DNA of 60,021 nucleotides, the filler included. It is 9 parts of 9 records of this genome, joined end to end, with 100 filler letters (N's around TTAATTAATTAA, not from the genome) between each part and the next. Parts side by side here need not be neighbours in the genome. Positions count along the whole stretch, not along the records: positions 39,869 to 46,715 come from SRR31147125_41093; positions 46,816 to 54,103 come from SRR31147125_41116; 7 more parts are not named here. One strand, given 5' to 3'. The position numbers and the translations under genes are program-made. Within the stretch, counting starts at the first letter, position 1. Every line of letters begins with the position of its first letter. Below the pieces are notes generated by a model. That model made no database searches, was not told the origin of the DNA, and worked only from the letters and a program-made list of their open reading frames with translations. Positions 40,053 to 51,420 of this stretch are shown in pieces.

Positions 40053-41074
40053 CTATTCTTTTTCCACTTTTTCTATTGGAATACGATTCTGGTTTCTGCC
40101 TCGCATAGGAGCCCAACTGATAAAGCGGGAAAACACTTTGGGAATCAGAAACCGGTCTGTAATAAAATAAGCGGTCATGAGGTAGAACGCGCCAATAATC
40201 AAATCGATAATATAGTGCTGATTCAGATATACAGCCGAGAACCAAACGCCTATGGGATAAATCGCCAACAAGAGTGGGTAACGTTTAAATTTTTTATACA
40301 TAAAAAAAGCAGCTGCCAGCGGATAGGAGCCATGCAAAGATGGAATGGCCGCAAAATGGTTTGGATTAAATCCGCCCCACATGGTTTGAAAAAGTTCATG
40401 CCGATCATTTTGTCCACATTTAAAAGCGCGCCAGCACCCAAACCCCAGTGGGCGGTGTGTGGCGGCTGTGCGAATCCATAGCTGTAAACATACCAGGGTG
40501 GTGCAGCCGGATAAAGAATAAACGTCGTCAAGGCACCAAAGTTTAGCAGGGTCATGGTCCAGACAAAACGATAAAACGACTTGCGATCATCGGTCGTATG
40601 CCATAAGACCCAACCGATGACAATTGGAATGCCAAAATGCAAGGTATAAAAGAGACCGCCAGAGGCATCAAGGATGCCTTTGATGATGGTTCCATCCAGC
40701 TTCATCTGCAAATCCTGAAAAAAGAATGCAGGAATGACTCCACCAAACAGTTTACCGAACAATACCTCCTCGGCTTTATAGGGTAAATACACGTGGATAT
40801 GTCCAAAGACGTTATCGGCAACACCACGCATCATGTCGTAGCAGATCCAAAAGACAATCCACGGGGCCCAGTCAATGGTAAATCTTTTTACGCGGCCTTT
40901 TCCCAGGGAAAGAGAAAATAGCATGAGCGCGATAAAAATGTGATCCGGCCGGACACGCAGAAACTGGTTAATCAGGACCAGATAAACGGCGACACCAATT
41001 AACACATAACCACGCCAACTTTCGGATCGTAGTTTGGCTATCAAGGATGTCTTTTCTTTTATGTTTTTTATCAT
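40053..41074 (-). CDS. PAP2-superfamily membrane protein (AUR1/IPC-synthase-like), frameshift near 40385-40392
   Basis: FYTLHF, YPAAPPWY, then in the second frame PNHFAAIPSLHGSY and YLNQHYIIDLIIG. Confidence 0.85.
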
Positions 41075-41415
41075 ATTCTCGTTACACAGAAAAAAATGTC
41101 ATTGATTATTTTAATAAAGCAACTCGCCTAAAATGGAACATTCGGTATTCAAAAGCTGTTCTAAATCTAGATGCTCAAGGATATTACTTAAATTCCATGG
41201 TAAATTAATTTAATATTATAAATCTGTAAAGTTATTGAAAATGAACACGAATTACAAGTAAATAATCAAACCGAATACAACAGCATACTAATTTGCTTCA
41301 AAGCATCAACATTGCAAAAGTATGGCGCCAGAAGCCGTGTTAAGGTTTATTTTTTTCTTGGGATTATAAGAAAATAGTGATATATTTCTTGATTGTAAAG
41401 GTGGAAAAAAAACAT

Positions 41416-43413
41416 ATGAAAAATATTATTACCAAAATACTCGTACCGATCGCTCTATTCAGCATGTTAGCAGGATGTGGATCCGGTCAAAAAATGGTCA
41501 AAGAGCCAGCAAAAGAAAAAGAGTATAACCGTGAAGCCATGCGCCACGTTATTCAAGGTGCTTTATATGATCTTCTGGGACAGCCCAAAAATGCGTTGGT
41601 AAAATACCATCAGGCGTCTGAAATAGATACGAGCTCTGCGGGCATTTTACTGGCATTGGCTGAGGATTATTTTGTTATCGATGAACATTCAACAAGCATA
41701 CGGCTGACCCAAAAAGCGTTGAAACTTGATCCGAATAACCTGGATGCCCTGGAATTACTGGCTGCAACTTTTGAGCAAATGCGTGAATATCGCAAGGCCA
41801 TGCATGTCTATGAGGACATTACCAAACTTGAACCGGATAATCTGGAAGCATTGTATGCCCTCACATCCATACAAATAGCCATGCGGCAATACGAAAATGC
41901 GCTAACGTCTTTTGATAAAATGCTGCAAAATGGACTCGATGCTCCCGATTTTCTCCTGAGCATTGGTCACCTGTTTCTAAAAAACAAGGCTTATCCACAG
42001 GCTTTACAAATTTACACACGGGTTCATGAAGCCAATCCCGATGTTGAGGCAGCTTACCTGGCCCTGGCAACAACGTATAAAGCACAAAAAGATACGGCAA
42101 CAGCCATTGAATGGTACAAAAAAGCGGTAAAACACGATCCTTCTTTTCAGGATGCAAAATCTGAATTACGTGTTCTTTATTTGAAAATGAAAAATTGGGA
42201 TGAAGGCATCGCCACTTTTTCCCAGTTTGTTCAGCAGGATTCCACGAATCTGACAGACAAACTTCAGTTAGGTCAGTTTTATTATAGAAAAGGCGATCAC
42301 TCAAGCGCGCAAAACATCTTTGAACAAGCTGTGGAAAAGCATCCAAAAAGTGAGCGGAGTTATCTGGCTTTAGCAGCCATGCAAAAAATGAATGGCGACA
42401 GTCTTGCCGCTGAAAAAACCTACCAATTAGCTATAAACCAAAATACCCGCTTTTTAGAGTCCAGACGCCGGCTCAGAGATATTTATGTAAACAAAAATCG
42501 ATATGACGATGCGATTTCACTTTATGAGCCATTAATGGATAATGATTCCACGTTTGTTGGTTCCCGAATAGAGATAGCCAACCTGCTCATGCAAAAAGGA
42601 GATACACTGCAGGCCATTTCCAAATGCGAGTCTTTGGTGGAGGAGCATTCCAATGATTGGCGCGTTCCCATAACACTGGGACGATTTTATTTTATGAGTC
42701 GGGATAATGAAAAAGCTTCTCACTTTTTTAATCAAGCCGTGAATTTACGGGATGATATTCCAATGTTGTGGCTTTTGCGCGGTGTCAATTTTCTGCAAAT
42801 GGACAGCCTGGATATGGCTATGGATAACTTTCAGAAATCCCTGGTCAAATTCCCTGAAGACCCGGAATTAAACTATTATCTGGGTACCATCTTTAGCCGC
42901 AAGAGACAATATGTCACTGCCATAAAGTATTTAAACAAGTCCAAGGAAATTGAGCCGAAAAACACACAAACATTACTGGCCCTGGCTGCCGCTTATGATG
43001 AGATTCATCAATATGATCGCTCGGAAAATATATATGATCAACTTTTAAAACTTTATCCTGATCTTCATGTTGTACTCAACAATTATGCCTATCACCTTTC
43101 TGTAAGGGGTGTGCGACTGGTGGAAGCGTTAGAGATGTCCCAAAAGGCTCTTGAAAAAGTACCGGATAATGCCGCTTATCTGGATACAATGGGCTGGATT
43201 TATTATCAGCTGGGAGATCTGGAAAACGCCAAAAAACATATTGAAAAATCGCTTGAAATGCATAAAGATTCCCCCGAAGTACTGGAACATCTTGGTGATA
43301 TTTATTTTAAAGCAGGTGATCGGTCATCGGCAGAGCTTTATTGGCGAAAAGCCCTGGATTTCAACCAAAACCATCAGAGTTTACTTGATAAATTGGGACA
43401 ATCCTCACCGTGA
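41416..43413 (+). CDS. TPR-repeat lipoprotein
   Basis: Lipobox MLAGC, many TPRs, and C-terminal LNNYAY...AYLDTMGWIYY...EHLGDIY. Confidence 0.92.
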   Translation: MKNIITKILVPIALFSMLAGCGSGQKMVKEPAKEKEYNREAMRHVIQGALYDLLGQPKNALVKYHQASEIDTSSAGILLALAEDYFVIDEHSTSIRLTQKALKLDPNNLDALELLAATFEQMREYRKAMHVYEDITKLEPDNLEALYALTSIQIAMRQYENALTSFDKMLQNGLDAPDFLLSIGHLFLKNKAYPQALQIYTRVHEANPDVEAAYLALATTYKAQKDTATAIEWYKKAVKHDPSFQDAKSELRVLYLKMKNWDEGIATFSQFVQQDSTNLTDKLQLGQFYYRKGDHSSAQNIFEQAVEKHPKSERSYLALAAMQKMNGDSLAAEKTYQLAINQNTRFLESRRRLRDIYVNKNRYDDAISLYEPLMDNDSTFVGSRIEIANLLMQKGDTLQAISKCESLVEEHSNDWRVPITLGRFYFMSRDNEKASHFFNQAVNLRDDIPMLWLLRGVNFLQMDSLDMAMDNFQKSLVKFPEDPELNYYLGTIFSRKRQYVTAIKYLNKSKEIEPKNTQTLLALAAAYDEIHQYDRSENIYDQLLKLYPDLHVVLNNYAYHLSVRGVRLVEALEMSQKALEKVPDNAAYLDTMGWIYYQLGDLENAKKHIEKSLEMHKDSPEVLEHLGDIYFKAGDRSSAELYWRKALDFNQNHQSLLDKLGQSSP

Positions 43414-44233
43414 TATTAATTCAAAACCGTTTTTTTAGAAAAAATAGTATCGCATTAATTAAAGTCTTCATTTTTCTTTTCCTGTTTTTCCTTCTGATCC
43501 ACCTGAGTTTTTGTACCAGAGCCCTTCGCCGTCCGGCCCTTCGGCTCGAGGAAACGCGAGTGGACATTGTCGCGGCTGCCCTGAAAAAAATTACACTCAC
43601 CTTAAAACAATGAAGGGATGGGGACGGCTGACTGTGGAAACACCGCAGATGTCACAAAGTGCCAGCTCGCGTGTCATTTTGAATAGACCTGATTCGGTGT
43701 ATGTTAAAATTGAAGCTGTCTTTGGTATTGATGTTGGCTGGTTATTTTCAGATCGCAGCTCTTTTTTATATTATACGCCCCATTCAAACATATGTTATAC
43801 CGGAGCCTTTGATTCGCTAAAACGTGTTAATCCGATTTCATTTGATCTCACTTTTGACCGCTTTATGCAAACCCTGGCAGGACTGGAAATGATCCCGGAG
43901 CTCAAAAACGGACACGTACAACAATCCGGGGACAATCTGCTGCTCTTTGGCATTAATGGCAACTATTTTCATCGTTACTGGATAGATCCCAAAAAAGGAG
44001 TGGTTATCCGTTCGGAGGTTCGGGACAGTTTAAATAATATCATTTTTACCACAGAATACCAACGGTTTTCAAAAATCAATGATGTTATCATCCCCAGAAC
44101 CATACGGATACAATATCCGATTAAAAAAGAAAGATTAACTCTTTTTTATAATCAAATAGAAATTAATAAAAAGCTATCAAAAAAGGATTTTAGAACAAAA
44201 ATTCCGGATAGTGCTTTAAAAGTCCCGTTATAG
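43410..44233 (+). CDS. DUF4292-like lipoprotein (frameshift at an A7 run near 43584-43590)
   Basis: The N-terminal hydrophobic/LSFC segment in ORF 43410..43613 joins the beta-rich body of ORF 43511..44233 (RPDSVYVKI...IPRTIRI). This position after a TPR gene is typical. Confidence 0.65.
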
Positions 44234-44262
44234 AGGTTAAATTTAACAGAGACGATTCTTTT

Positions 44263-45210
44263 ATGAAAACGATACCCGACATTTCTGTAGTTGTTCCTCT
44301 TTACAATGAACAGGAATCCCTGGCGGAATTACACCAAAAGATAAAATCGGTAATACGTGGAATGAACAAGAGCTATGAGATCATTTTTATTGATGATGGC
44401 TCTACGGATGATTCCGGCAATGTTCTTGAACAACTCTATTCTGATGATAGAAACGTAAAATACATCCAGTTCCGCAAAAATTACGGTAAATCTGCCGGCT
44501 TAGCCGCTGGATTTAAAGCGGCATCAGGACAATTTGTCATTACCATGGATGCAGACTTGCAGGACGACCCGGATGAAATACCGCATTTGATAGCAAAATT
44601 GGAAGAAGGCTTTGACCTGGTGTCTGGATGGAAAAAAGTCCGCCATGATCCCTTTATAAAAAGAAATACATCTAAAATCTATAACCTGTTTACATCTGTT
44701 TTTAGCGGTATACGCTTGCATGATTTTAATTGTGGTTTGAAAGCGTATCGTCAGGATGTGGTAAAAAACATGAGTGTTTACGGTGAAATGCATCGCTACC
44801 TGCCGGTTATTGCGCATCAAAATGGTTTCAGGGTTACTGAAATGGTGGTCAAACATCATCCGAGAAAATTTGGCAGCTCAAAATTCGGACTGGCCCGTTT
44901 TGCCCGCGGCGCTTTTGATTTAATGACCATCACGTTTCTGACCCGTTATAAAAAACGACCTTTACATTTATTTGGATTGCTGGGCCTTTCATCTTTTTCC
45001 CTTGGATTCCTTGTTCTTGCTATTTTAACCTATCAACGTCTTTTTATGAACATGTATCTGAGCAATCGTCCCCTGTTATTTTTGGGCGTTTTATTAACAA
45101 TCGTGGGGATTCAATTTTTCTCCATCGGCCTTCTTGGTGAAATGATCACAGACATTCACCAGGACAAGGATAACTTTTTAGTGAAACGCTCAGTGGGCCT
45201 GGATGAATAA
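44263..45210 (+). CDS. GT2 glycosyltransferase, ArnC/polyprenol-phosphate mannose synthase-like
   Basis: VVPLYNE, DDGSTD, MDADLQDDP, DFNCGLKAY and two C-terminal TM helices. Confidence 0.92.
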   Translation: MKTIPDISVVVPLYNEQESLAELHQKIKSVIRGMNKSYEIIFIDDGSTDDSGNVLEQLYSDDRNVKYIQFRKNYGKSAGLAAGFKAASGQFVITMDADLQDDPDEIPHLIAKLEEGFDLVSGWKKVRHDPFIKRNTSKIYNLFTSVFSGIRLHDFNCGLKAYRQDVVKNMSVYGEMHRYLPVIAHQNGFRVTEMVVKHHPRKFGSSKFGLARFARGAFDLMTITFLTRYKKRPLHLFGLLGLSSFSLGFLVLAILTYQRLFMNMYLSNRPLLFLGVLLTIVGIQFFSIGLLGEMITDIHQDKDNFLVKRSVGLDE

Positions 45211-45400
45211 AAAAGTTAATTTTTTAGGTTGTCAATACCAATTCACAATCATGCAATATTAATCTGTGCCTGATTCTTTTTTTATATCAAATGGAAAATA
45301 ACGACAATTATAAAAATCGTTACAGATGAACTCGTCCGTTTTTATAACCAGAATTGAAACAGATAAATAAATAATTCGACATACATCAACGTACAATCTT

Positions 45401-46447
45401 ATGGATTATAATACGAAACCCTATTTCTCCATCATCATCCCTTCTTACAATCGCCAGGATGAGATCAAAGAATTGCTTGATTCCCTGGAGCATCAGGACC
45501 TGAGTAAGAACGAATTCGAGATTATCATTGCAGATGACGGCTCGACCGACGGCACAGAACAACTGGTAAACGATTACAAACAGCAGTCATCACTTTGTAT
45601 CTTATTGTTAAAACAAGATCATCAGGGGCCTGGTGCAGCCCGTAACCTTGGAATGGAAAATGCATCCGGTCAAATTTTTATTTTTGTCGATTCCGATTGT
45701 ACTGCGCCAGCAAACTGGCTGCTGGATATAAAGAAGACTTTTGAAAAAAATCCAACAGCCGACGCATTCGGCGGCCCGGATGATGCTGGCACAGATTTCA
45801 CTCCTCTCTTAAAGGCTATCAACTATTCCATGACATCCTTTTTATCCACCGGTGGTATCCGTGGAGGTAAAAAAAGGCGCCTGTCTAAATTTTACCCGCG
45901 CAGTTTCAATATGGGCTTACGTCGGGAACTCTATAATAAAATTGGTGGATTTGGTTCTCTGCGGCATGGCCAGGATATTGAATTTAGTAATCGTATAATC
46001 AAAAGCGGGGCCCGGGTTGTTTACATCCCTGATGCTGTGGTTTATCATAAACGGCGCACTTCATTGAGGAAATTTTTCAGACAGGTTTATAATTGGGGTG
46101 TGGCACGAATAAACCTGTACAAAATAGATACTGCCATGCTGGAACCTGTTCATGCTTTACCGGCTATTGCATTATGGAGCGCTTTTATCGTAACACTTGC
46201 CGCTATTATTTCCAAAACAGTGTTTCATTTCTGGCAAGGTTGTGCGATTATTGCTGTGTTGCTATTGATGGGTTCCGGTATTGCAGCCGCGATTCAGTGG
46301 AAAAACGTGAAAACCGGATTGATGGTTCCGGTTGTGATGATTTTGCAAACAACAGGATATGGTCTGGGATTCTCTTTTGCTTTTATCTGGAGAGTGCTTT
46401 GTGGTAGGGGAGAGTTTGTTGGTTTTAAAAAACGTTATTACAAGTAA
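45401..46447 (+). CDS. GT2 glycosyltransferase
   Basis: IIPSYNR, DDGSTD, GPGAARN, FVDSDC, GQDIEF. Confidence 0.92.
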   Translation: MDYNTKPYFSIIIPSYNRQDEIKELLDSLEHQDLSKNEFEIIIADDGSTDGTEQLVNDYKQQSSLCILLLKQDHQGPGAARNLGMENASGQIFIFVDSDCTAPANWLLDIKKTFEKNPTADAFGGPDDAGTDFTPLLKAINYSMTSFLSTGGIRGGKKRRLSKFYPRSFNMGLRRELYNKIGGFGSLRHGQDIEFSNRIIKSGARVVYIPDAVVYHKRRTSLRKFFRQVYNWGVARINLYKIDTAMLEPVHALPAIALWSAFIVTLAAIISKTVFHFWQGCAIIAVLLLMGSGIAAAIQWKNVKTGLMVPVVMILQTTGYGLGFSFAFIWRVLCGRGEFVGFKKRYYK

Positions 46448-46715
46448 TATTACCTCCTGATGCTGCGAATTTGTACATCTTAAAAACCTTATTTCCGGTT
46501 CTTAAACCTTAGTAGAATGGAAATGCAAATTAATTCATAAACCTTATTACATTATTTTTTTAAAATAAAATATGATAAACGTTATACTCATGACATAGAA
46601 TAAAATTTTAATTATTGAAATAAATATAGTAGAATAGAGCTTGCCAGAAAATGCTATAAATGAATAATGTAATAAGGTAAATTCGGGGAGGTTTCTTTTG
46701 GCTACTAAGGTTAAA

Positions 46716-46815
46716 NNNNNNNNNNNNNNNNNNNNNNNNNNNNNNNNNNNNNNNNNNNNTTAATTAATTAANNNNNNNNNNNNNNNNNNNNNNNNNNNNN
46801 NNNNNNNNNNNNNNN
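46716..46815. other. Artificial contig linker
   Basis: Same 100-nt spacer. Confidence 0.99.
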
Positions 46816-47057
46816 TTTTCAAATCCACCAAAAACAATAATGCCGGTTTCAGTATCACCGGTAAAAAAATTGACATCAAATGGTCCATCAGGTAAATGAT
46901 GCCATTCGGTCGTCTCGTAATTTGGCAAAAAGGCAAATGTTTCATTCTGTTTGTTCTCTTCGGCGTGAACTTGTTTCAGAACCACTGCACTCATCACTAT
47001 TATATTCATAGTAATAATAAAAACAGATACAATGGAATGTCTGCAATGTATTTTCAT
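46816..47057 (-). CDS. Secreted hypothetical protein, N-terminus only
   Basis: AAGGAG RBS and signal peptide (…VHA). Runs into the gap. Confidence 0.55.
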
Positions 47058-47387
47058 GGTCTGTCTCCTTAAAGTCAACAATGAACCACTTTAATAAACA
47101 AAGTGTTTATATAATTATTCAAATAACATTATATAAAAATAATCACTCCATCCGCATAGATCGCCAATCACCAAATTAATTTCTTTTCCGGTTCAGCCTA
47201 ATAAAAGTTTAATCCAGCTCCTCCTGTTTCTTTTAATCCTTATCATCAATTCCGGTTTGTTTCTTACATGTAATAATATTCATCTTTTTTACTCTATATA
47301 AACAGTAGTACATTTCTTTTAACTTTCGTTGGAACCATATCATTTATATAAAATCCCTGCAACGTAATTAAATTTTTATCCTTTCTT

Positions 47388-49169
47388 TTAGCCAAAATAA
47401 AAGACATAGATAAAAGCAATAACCAGTAGACCAATAAATATATTCATTGGTAAACCAATTAACAAGAAATCTTTAAATTTATATCCACCCGGACCATAAA
47501 CCATAAGATTCGTTTGATAGCCAATAGGTGTGGCGAAACTGGCCGAAGCAGCCAGGGCAACAGCAATAAACAACGGCCTTGGATCCATCCCGGTTTGATT
47601 CGCCACTGCCAAAGCTATTGGAAACATGAGAGCGGCAGCGGCATTATTAGTAATAATTTCAGTGTAAAGACTGGTCACAAAATAAATAACTCCAATTATT
47701 CCGACAATGCCCAAAGAACCGGCCATAAAAACCAGTTTGTCAGCAAGATATTCGGCTACACCTGAATTCAATAAAGCCCTGGAAATGCCAAACGCCGAAG
47801 CAATTATCAAAAGAACGCTCCAATCAACACTCTTACTTGCCTCCTGCGTTGTGATACATTTCATTGCAACAAGTACAACAGCAGCCAGGCTCACAGCAAC
47901 AAGCATGGGCACAATTTTAAAAGTCATTGCGATAATCATTACAAACAAAACAATTAATGAAAAAGGAGCATACAGTTTTGGCTTGGATTCGACTGTAACG
48001 GATTCTGAAACGAGAAAAAAATGGTTGGAATGATACCACTTTTCAACAAAATCATGCCGTGCCAGAATAAGTAAAGTATCTCCTGCTCTCAGTACCACAT
48101 CTCCAATTTTTCTCTGGATCCGTTCTCCACTCCTGTGAATAGCAATTATAACTGCATTATATTGACTGCGAAACTGACTTTCTCTCACATTCTTCCCTAT
48201 TAAAGGAGAATTATGAGACACAACGACTTCAAAGGTTTTCAAATAATCGGAATCATAATTTTTCAGATCGATTGTGGCACCTTCCAGCAGTGAAAGTCCC
48301 TTGGTTTTTTGTAAATCTATTATCGTTTCCGGCAGACCGGTAAAAAACAAACGGTCCCCCAATTGAATCTCTTCATCCGGCGTTACAGGTGCGATCGTTT
48401 CATTTTTTCTCTCTATTTGAAATAAAAAAAGTCCTTTCAAATGACGTAATCCGGCCTGCTTTATAGTAGCATTCACATATTGATAATCCTCCTGAACCTT
48501 CATCGCAATAACGAATTCACGTGTTTTTTCCCCTAATTGCACGATTGGTTCTTTACGGTCCGGCAAAAGCCGATGACCAACAAAAGCGATTACAAATATC
48601 CCGATTATGGCAACTGGAATTCCAATTTTCGAAAACTCGAACAACGAAAAACCACTAAAACCATTCTCCAGCATTAAACCATGCACCACTAGATTTGTGC
48701 TGGTACCGATAAGCGTACACATTCCTCCCAGAATGGCCGCATATGAAAGCGGAATTAAAAACTTGGAAACAGCAAAATTATTCTTTTTTGTCCAAAAACG
48801 AATAGCAGGAATCAGCATCGCTACAATAGGGGTGTTGTTAAAAAAAGCGGACAAAAATGAAACGGGAAATAAAAATCGTAATAATTTAGATGAAATTCTC
48901 TGCTCGTGCCCACCTAATAAAAAACTACCGACTCTATTGAGTATGCCTGTCTTTTGTAAAGCACCAGCGACAACAAACAAGACACCAACCGTTAACATAC
49001 CATGATTGGAAAAACCGGCAAAAGCCTCTTGTACAGTGATGACACCTCCCACAACAAGAAGCAATAAAACGCTAAAGATCACAAGATCCGGGGAAAATAC
49101 CTCCTTAACCAGCGCAAAAGTCAAAAGAACCAACAAGACAGCAGTGTAAATGAAATGAAAATCTACCAT
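47388..49169 (-). CDS. SLC13/DASS-family permease with two TrkA-C domains (putative sulfate/carboxylate transporter)
   Basis: SAFFNNTPIV, GGMCTLIGTSTNL, TEIITNNAAA, FATPIGYQTNLMVYGPGGY. Confidence 0.92.
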   Translation of the reverse strand: MVDFHFIYTAVLLVLLTFALVKEVFSPDLVIFSVLLLLVVGGVITVQEAFAGFSNHGMLTVGVLFVVAGALQKTGILNRVGSFLLGGHEQRISSKLLRFLFPVSFLSAFFNNTPIVAMLIPAIRFWTKKNNFAVSKFLIPLSYAAILGGMCTLIGTSTNLVVHGLMLENGFSGFSLFEFSKIGIPVAIIGIFVIAFVGHRLLPDRKEPIVQLGEKTREFVIAMKVQEDYQYVNATIKQAGLRHLKGLFLFQIERKNETIAPVTPDEEIQLGDRLFFTGLPETIIDLQKTKGLSLLEGATIDLKNYDSDYLKTFEVVVSHNSPLIGKNVRESQFRSQYNAVIIAIHRSGERIQRKIGDVVLRAGDTLLILARHDFVEKWYHSNHFFLVSESVTVESKPKLYAPFSLIVLFVMIIAMTFKIVPMLVAVSLAAVVLVAMKCITTQEASKSVDWSVLLIIASAFGISRALLNSGVAEYLADKLVFMAGSLGIVGIIGVIYFVTSLYTEIITNNAAAALMFPIALAVANQTGMDPRPLFIAVALAASASFATPIGYQTNLMVYGPGGYKFKDFLLIGLPMNIFIGLLVIAFIYVFYFG

Positions 49170-49181
49170 TAAAAATAACTC

Positions 49182-51011
49182 CTAATGAATTGAAATTTTT
49201 TGGCGACCTAAACCGGGCCTTAATTCGAAAAGATTTTCTGTTGCTAACTTTTTTACAAGAATCGTCCCATCATCTGAATATAGTGATTTCCCAATTAAAC
49301 TTTTAAACAGCCAATCCGATATTTCAAAAGTCCAGGTCGAAGGATGGTCTTTAAAATAATAACAGTAGTGAGGATCATATTCGAAAACAAGTTCACTCTC
49401 ATTTTGAGCCCGGATTTGGGAATGCCAATAAGCGACAGCCTCATTGTTACTCATGTATTTTGTCTCAGTTCCTAAAGCTTCCAGGCATTTATATACAAAA
49501 TTTGAATCTAAATAAACATCCCTATCATGCATTCCCGACAATACTGGATAATCATCCTGATTAAATTGAGCGATGAGGCCATCTGTTTTATCAAAATAAA
49601 CATAAGTTTTCCCAACGATGGAAGAAAAATCTATAATACGTTCATGACTGAGAAAATGAAAACCCGCCTGAGTACCAAATCCAAGCCGCGCAGCAATCTC
49701 CAGGGTATTATTTGGATACTCCGATGAATACGCACCACCTCCCGGACGTACTGATAATGGATTCACATCGAACTGAGTTTGGATTCCTTTCAATCCTTTT
49801 TGTAAATGAAAAAGCTGCACAGCTGCAGGTATTTCTTTGTCGCGGCGCGTATCATAAAACTCTCTATACCACCCCACTTCCGATTTTTCTCCTTCTGTGG
49901 GTGCATCCCACCAGGGACCGGGTGGAGAATCCAGATCAGGCTGCATATGAGTCCAACCATGACTCTGAATTTCAAAAACGCCGACACGAACGCCTTCAAG
50001 TAATCCTGCTTTTGTGGAAGAATAATCGTGTACATTGCCAAAAACATCAGTAAATTTTTGTTTCCATGGACTTTCAACACGTCGAGTTTTAGAGTTTACA
50101 AATCCACTGCATACATGCATATTCATAACACAATTATATTTTTGCAAAGGTTCAATGAGATAAGTTTTTATTTGTTGTTTTGTTAACGATGGGTAATTCC
50201 AATTGGACAAATATGATGCCTGCGCAGTACCCGGATCATCAAGCTTGACCATAATGGTACGTGGATAGCTTTTATAAACAGAATACCCGACACACCAGGT
50301 GAGGGCGCGTTTTAATACAGTCCGCATCTCAGTATATTCATGAAACAGATAGCGATAGTCTCCGCCAATCCAGACAACACGGGTTTGATGTGGTTCTATT
50401 TCTCTTGCTGTAATCTGCGGAAAAGATCCTTGACTGGCAATAGCCTCGCTACCACTCAATGACACCTGCACCCTTTTCTGATAGCTGTGTCCGGGCTCGG
50501 CAGGAATGGTTTGCCCACCAAAAGGTCGTACTATGTAATGGTCGCTGGTTACGGTTATATCGTCCGGTGTAAGATAATAACCAAGGTATTTCAACCCAAG
50601 TAATTTTTGTATAACAGGCTCCTGAATCCGATTGGAGATGGCAATCAGTCCGATTCCCAACTCAGAAACAGCCTCCTCCAACACATAATAAGAGGTATTT
50701 TCAGGAACTTCAGCCTGATTAGCATCCCATACGATACAACCATAAGCAGGCTCTCCTTCTACATCCAGAAACCGATCGATCGTTAGTGGCTCCTGATCCA
50801 ATCGAAGAATATCAAACGGAATACACCATAACTTTAGGAGAGAAACAATATCCTGAAATTCTTCACTGTCCTGGATAATATAACTAGCAGGATCCTTCCA
50901 CTGATCATCAATAACCACTAAAATCCGGTTAGATTTAAAAGAACCCGTAGCAGCAGATATCATATTGGTAATCCCAATTAATACCAGCAGAGCTTTAAAT
51001 ATCCATTTCAT
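49182..51011 (-). CDS. Secreted protein with polysaccharide-deacetylase (NodB-like) C-terminal domain
   Basis: Signal peptide and VKLDD, EIQSHGWTH, VRPGG motifs. Confidence 0.6.
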   Translation of the reverse strand: MKWIFKALLVLIGITNMISAATGSFKSNRILVVIDDQWKDPASYIIQDSEEFQDIVSLLKLWCIPFDILRLDQEPLTIDRFLDVEGEPAYGCIVWDANQAEVPENTSYYVLEEAVSELGIGLIAISNRIQEPVIQKLLGLKYLGYYLTPDDITVTSDHYIVRPFGGQTIPAEPGHSYQKRVQVSLSGSEAIASQGSFPQITAREIEPHQTRVVWIGGDYRYLFHEYTEMRTVLKRALTWCVGYSVYKSYPRTIMVKLDDPGTAQASYLSNWNYPSLTKQQIKTYLIEPLQKYNCVMNMHVCSGFVNSKTRRVESPWKQKFTDVFGNVHDYSSTKAGLLEGVRVGVFEIQSHGWTHMQPDLDSPPGPWWDAPTEGEKSEVGWYREFYDTRRDKEIPAAVQLFHLQKGLKGIQTQFDVNPLSVRPGGGAYSSEYPNNTLEIAARLGFGTQAGFHFLSHERIIDFSSIVGKTYVYFDKTDGLIAQFNQDDYPVLSGMHDRDVYLDSNFVYKCLEALGTETKYMSNNEAVAYWHSQIRAQNESELVFEYDPHYCYYFKDHPSTWTFEISDWLFKSLIGKSLYSDDGTILVKKLATENLFELRPGLGRQKISIH

Positions 51012-51420
51012 TATATCTTCCTCACAATTGGTATGAACCTATTTTTCTTATAGGTTTTCCAGATATCTGAGAGAAAAAAACTACCCAGAATCATTATTAT
51101 ATAAATTTAAAATAGCAATTAATCAAGATATTTTTCAATCAGAAGACAGAATAAAATGTGATATATATTAGTGTTATTTCAATGGCTGGAATCCCCAAAC
51201 GATCACAGAAAACTATTCAATTCGAGTGACATTAATGACTCTCCGTGCACATATTAACTCTTTCGATTTTTGTATTTACGTTTAATTATATACAACAAGC
51301 TTATTTTTTGTACCTGGGAGATGCCTTATAAAATCCATATATCGGTATTGGTTCATAGACAACACTTGAAACAATTAACAGCAATAAAAATGCAAATCAT
51401 ATCACATTTAAAATCCCCAT

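Noticed and set aside
46681-46715. Possible gene start (GGGGAGG RBS, then TTG GCT ACT AAG)
   Set aside because: Only about five codons precede the gap, so no product can be called.
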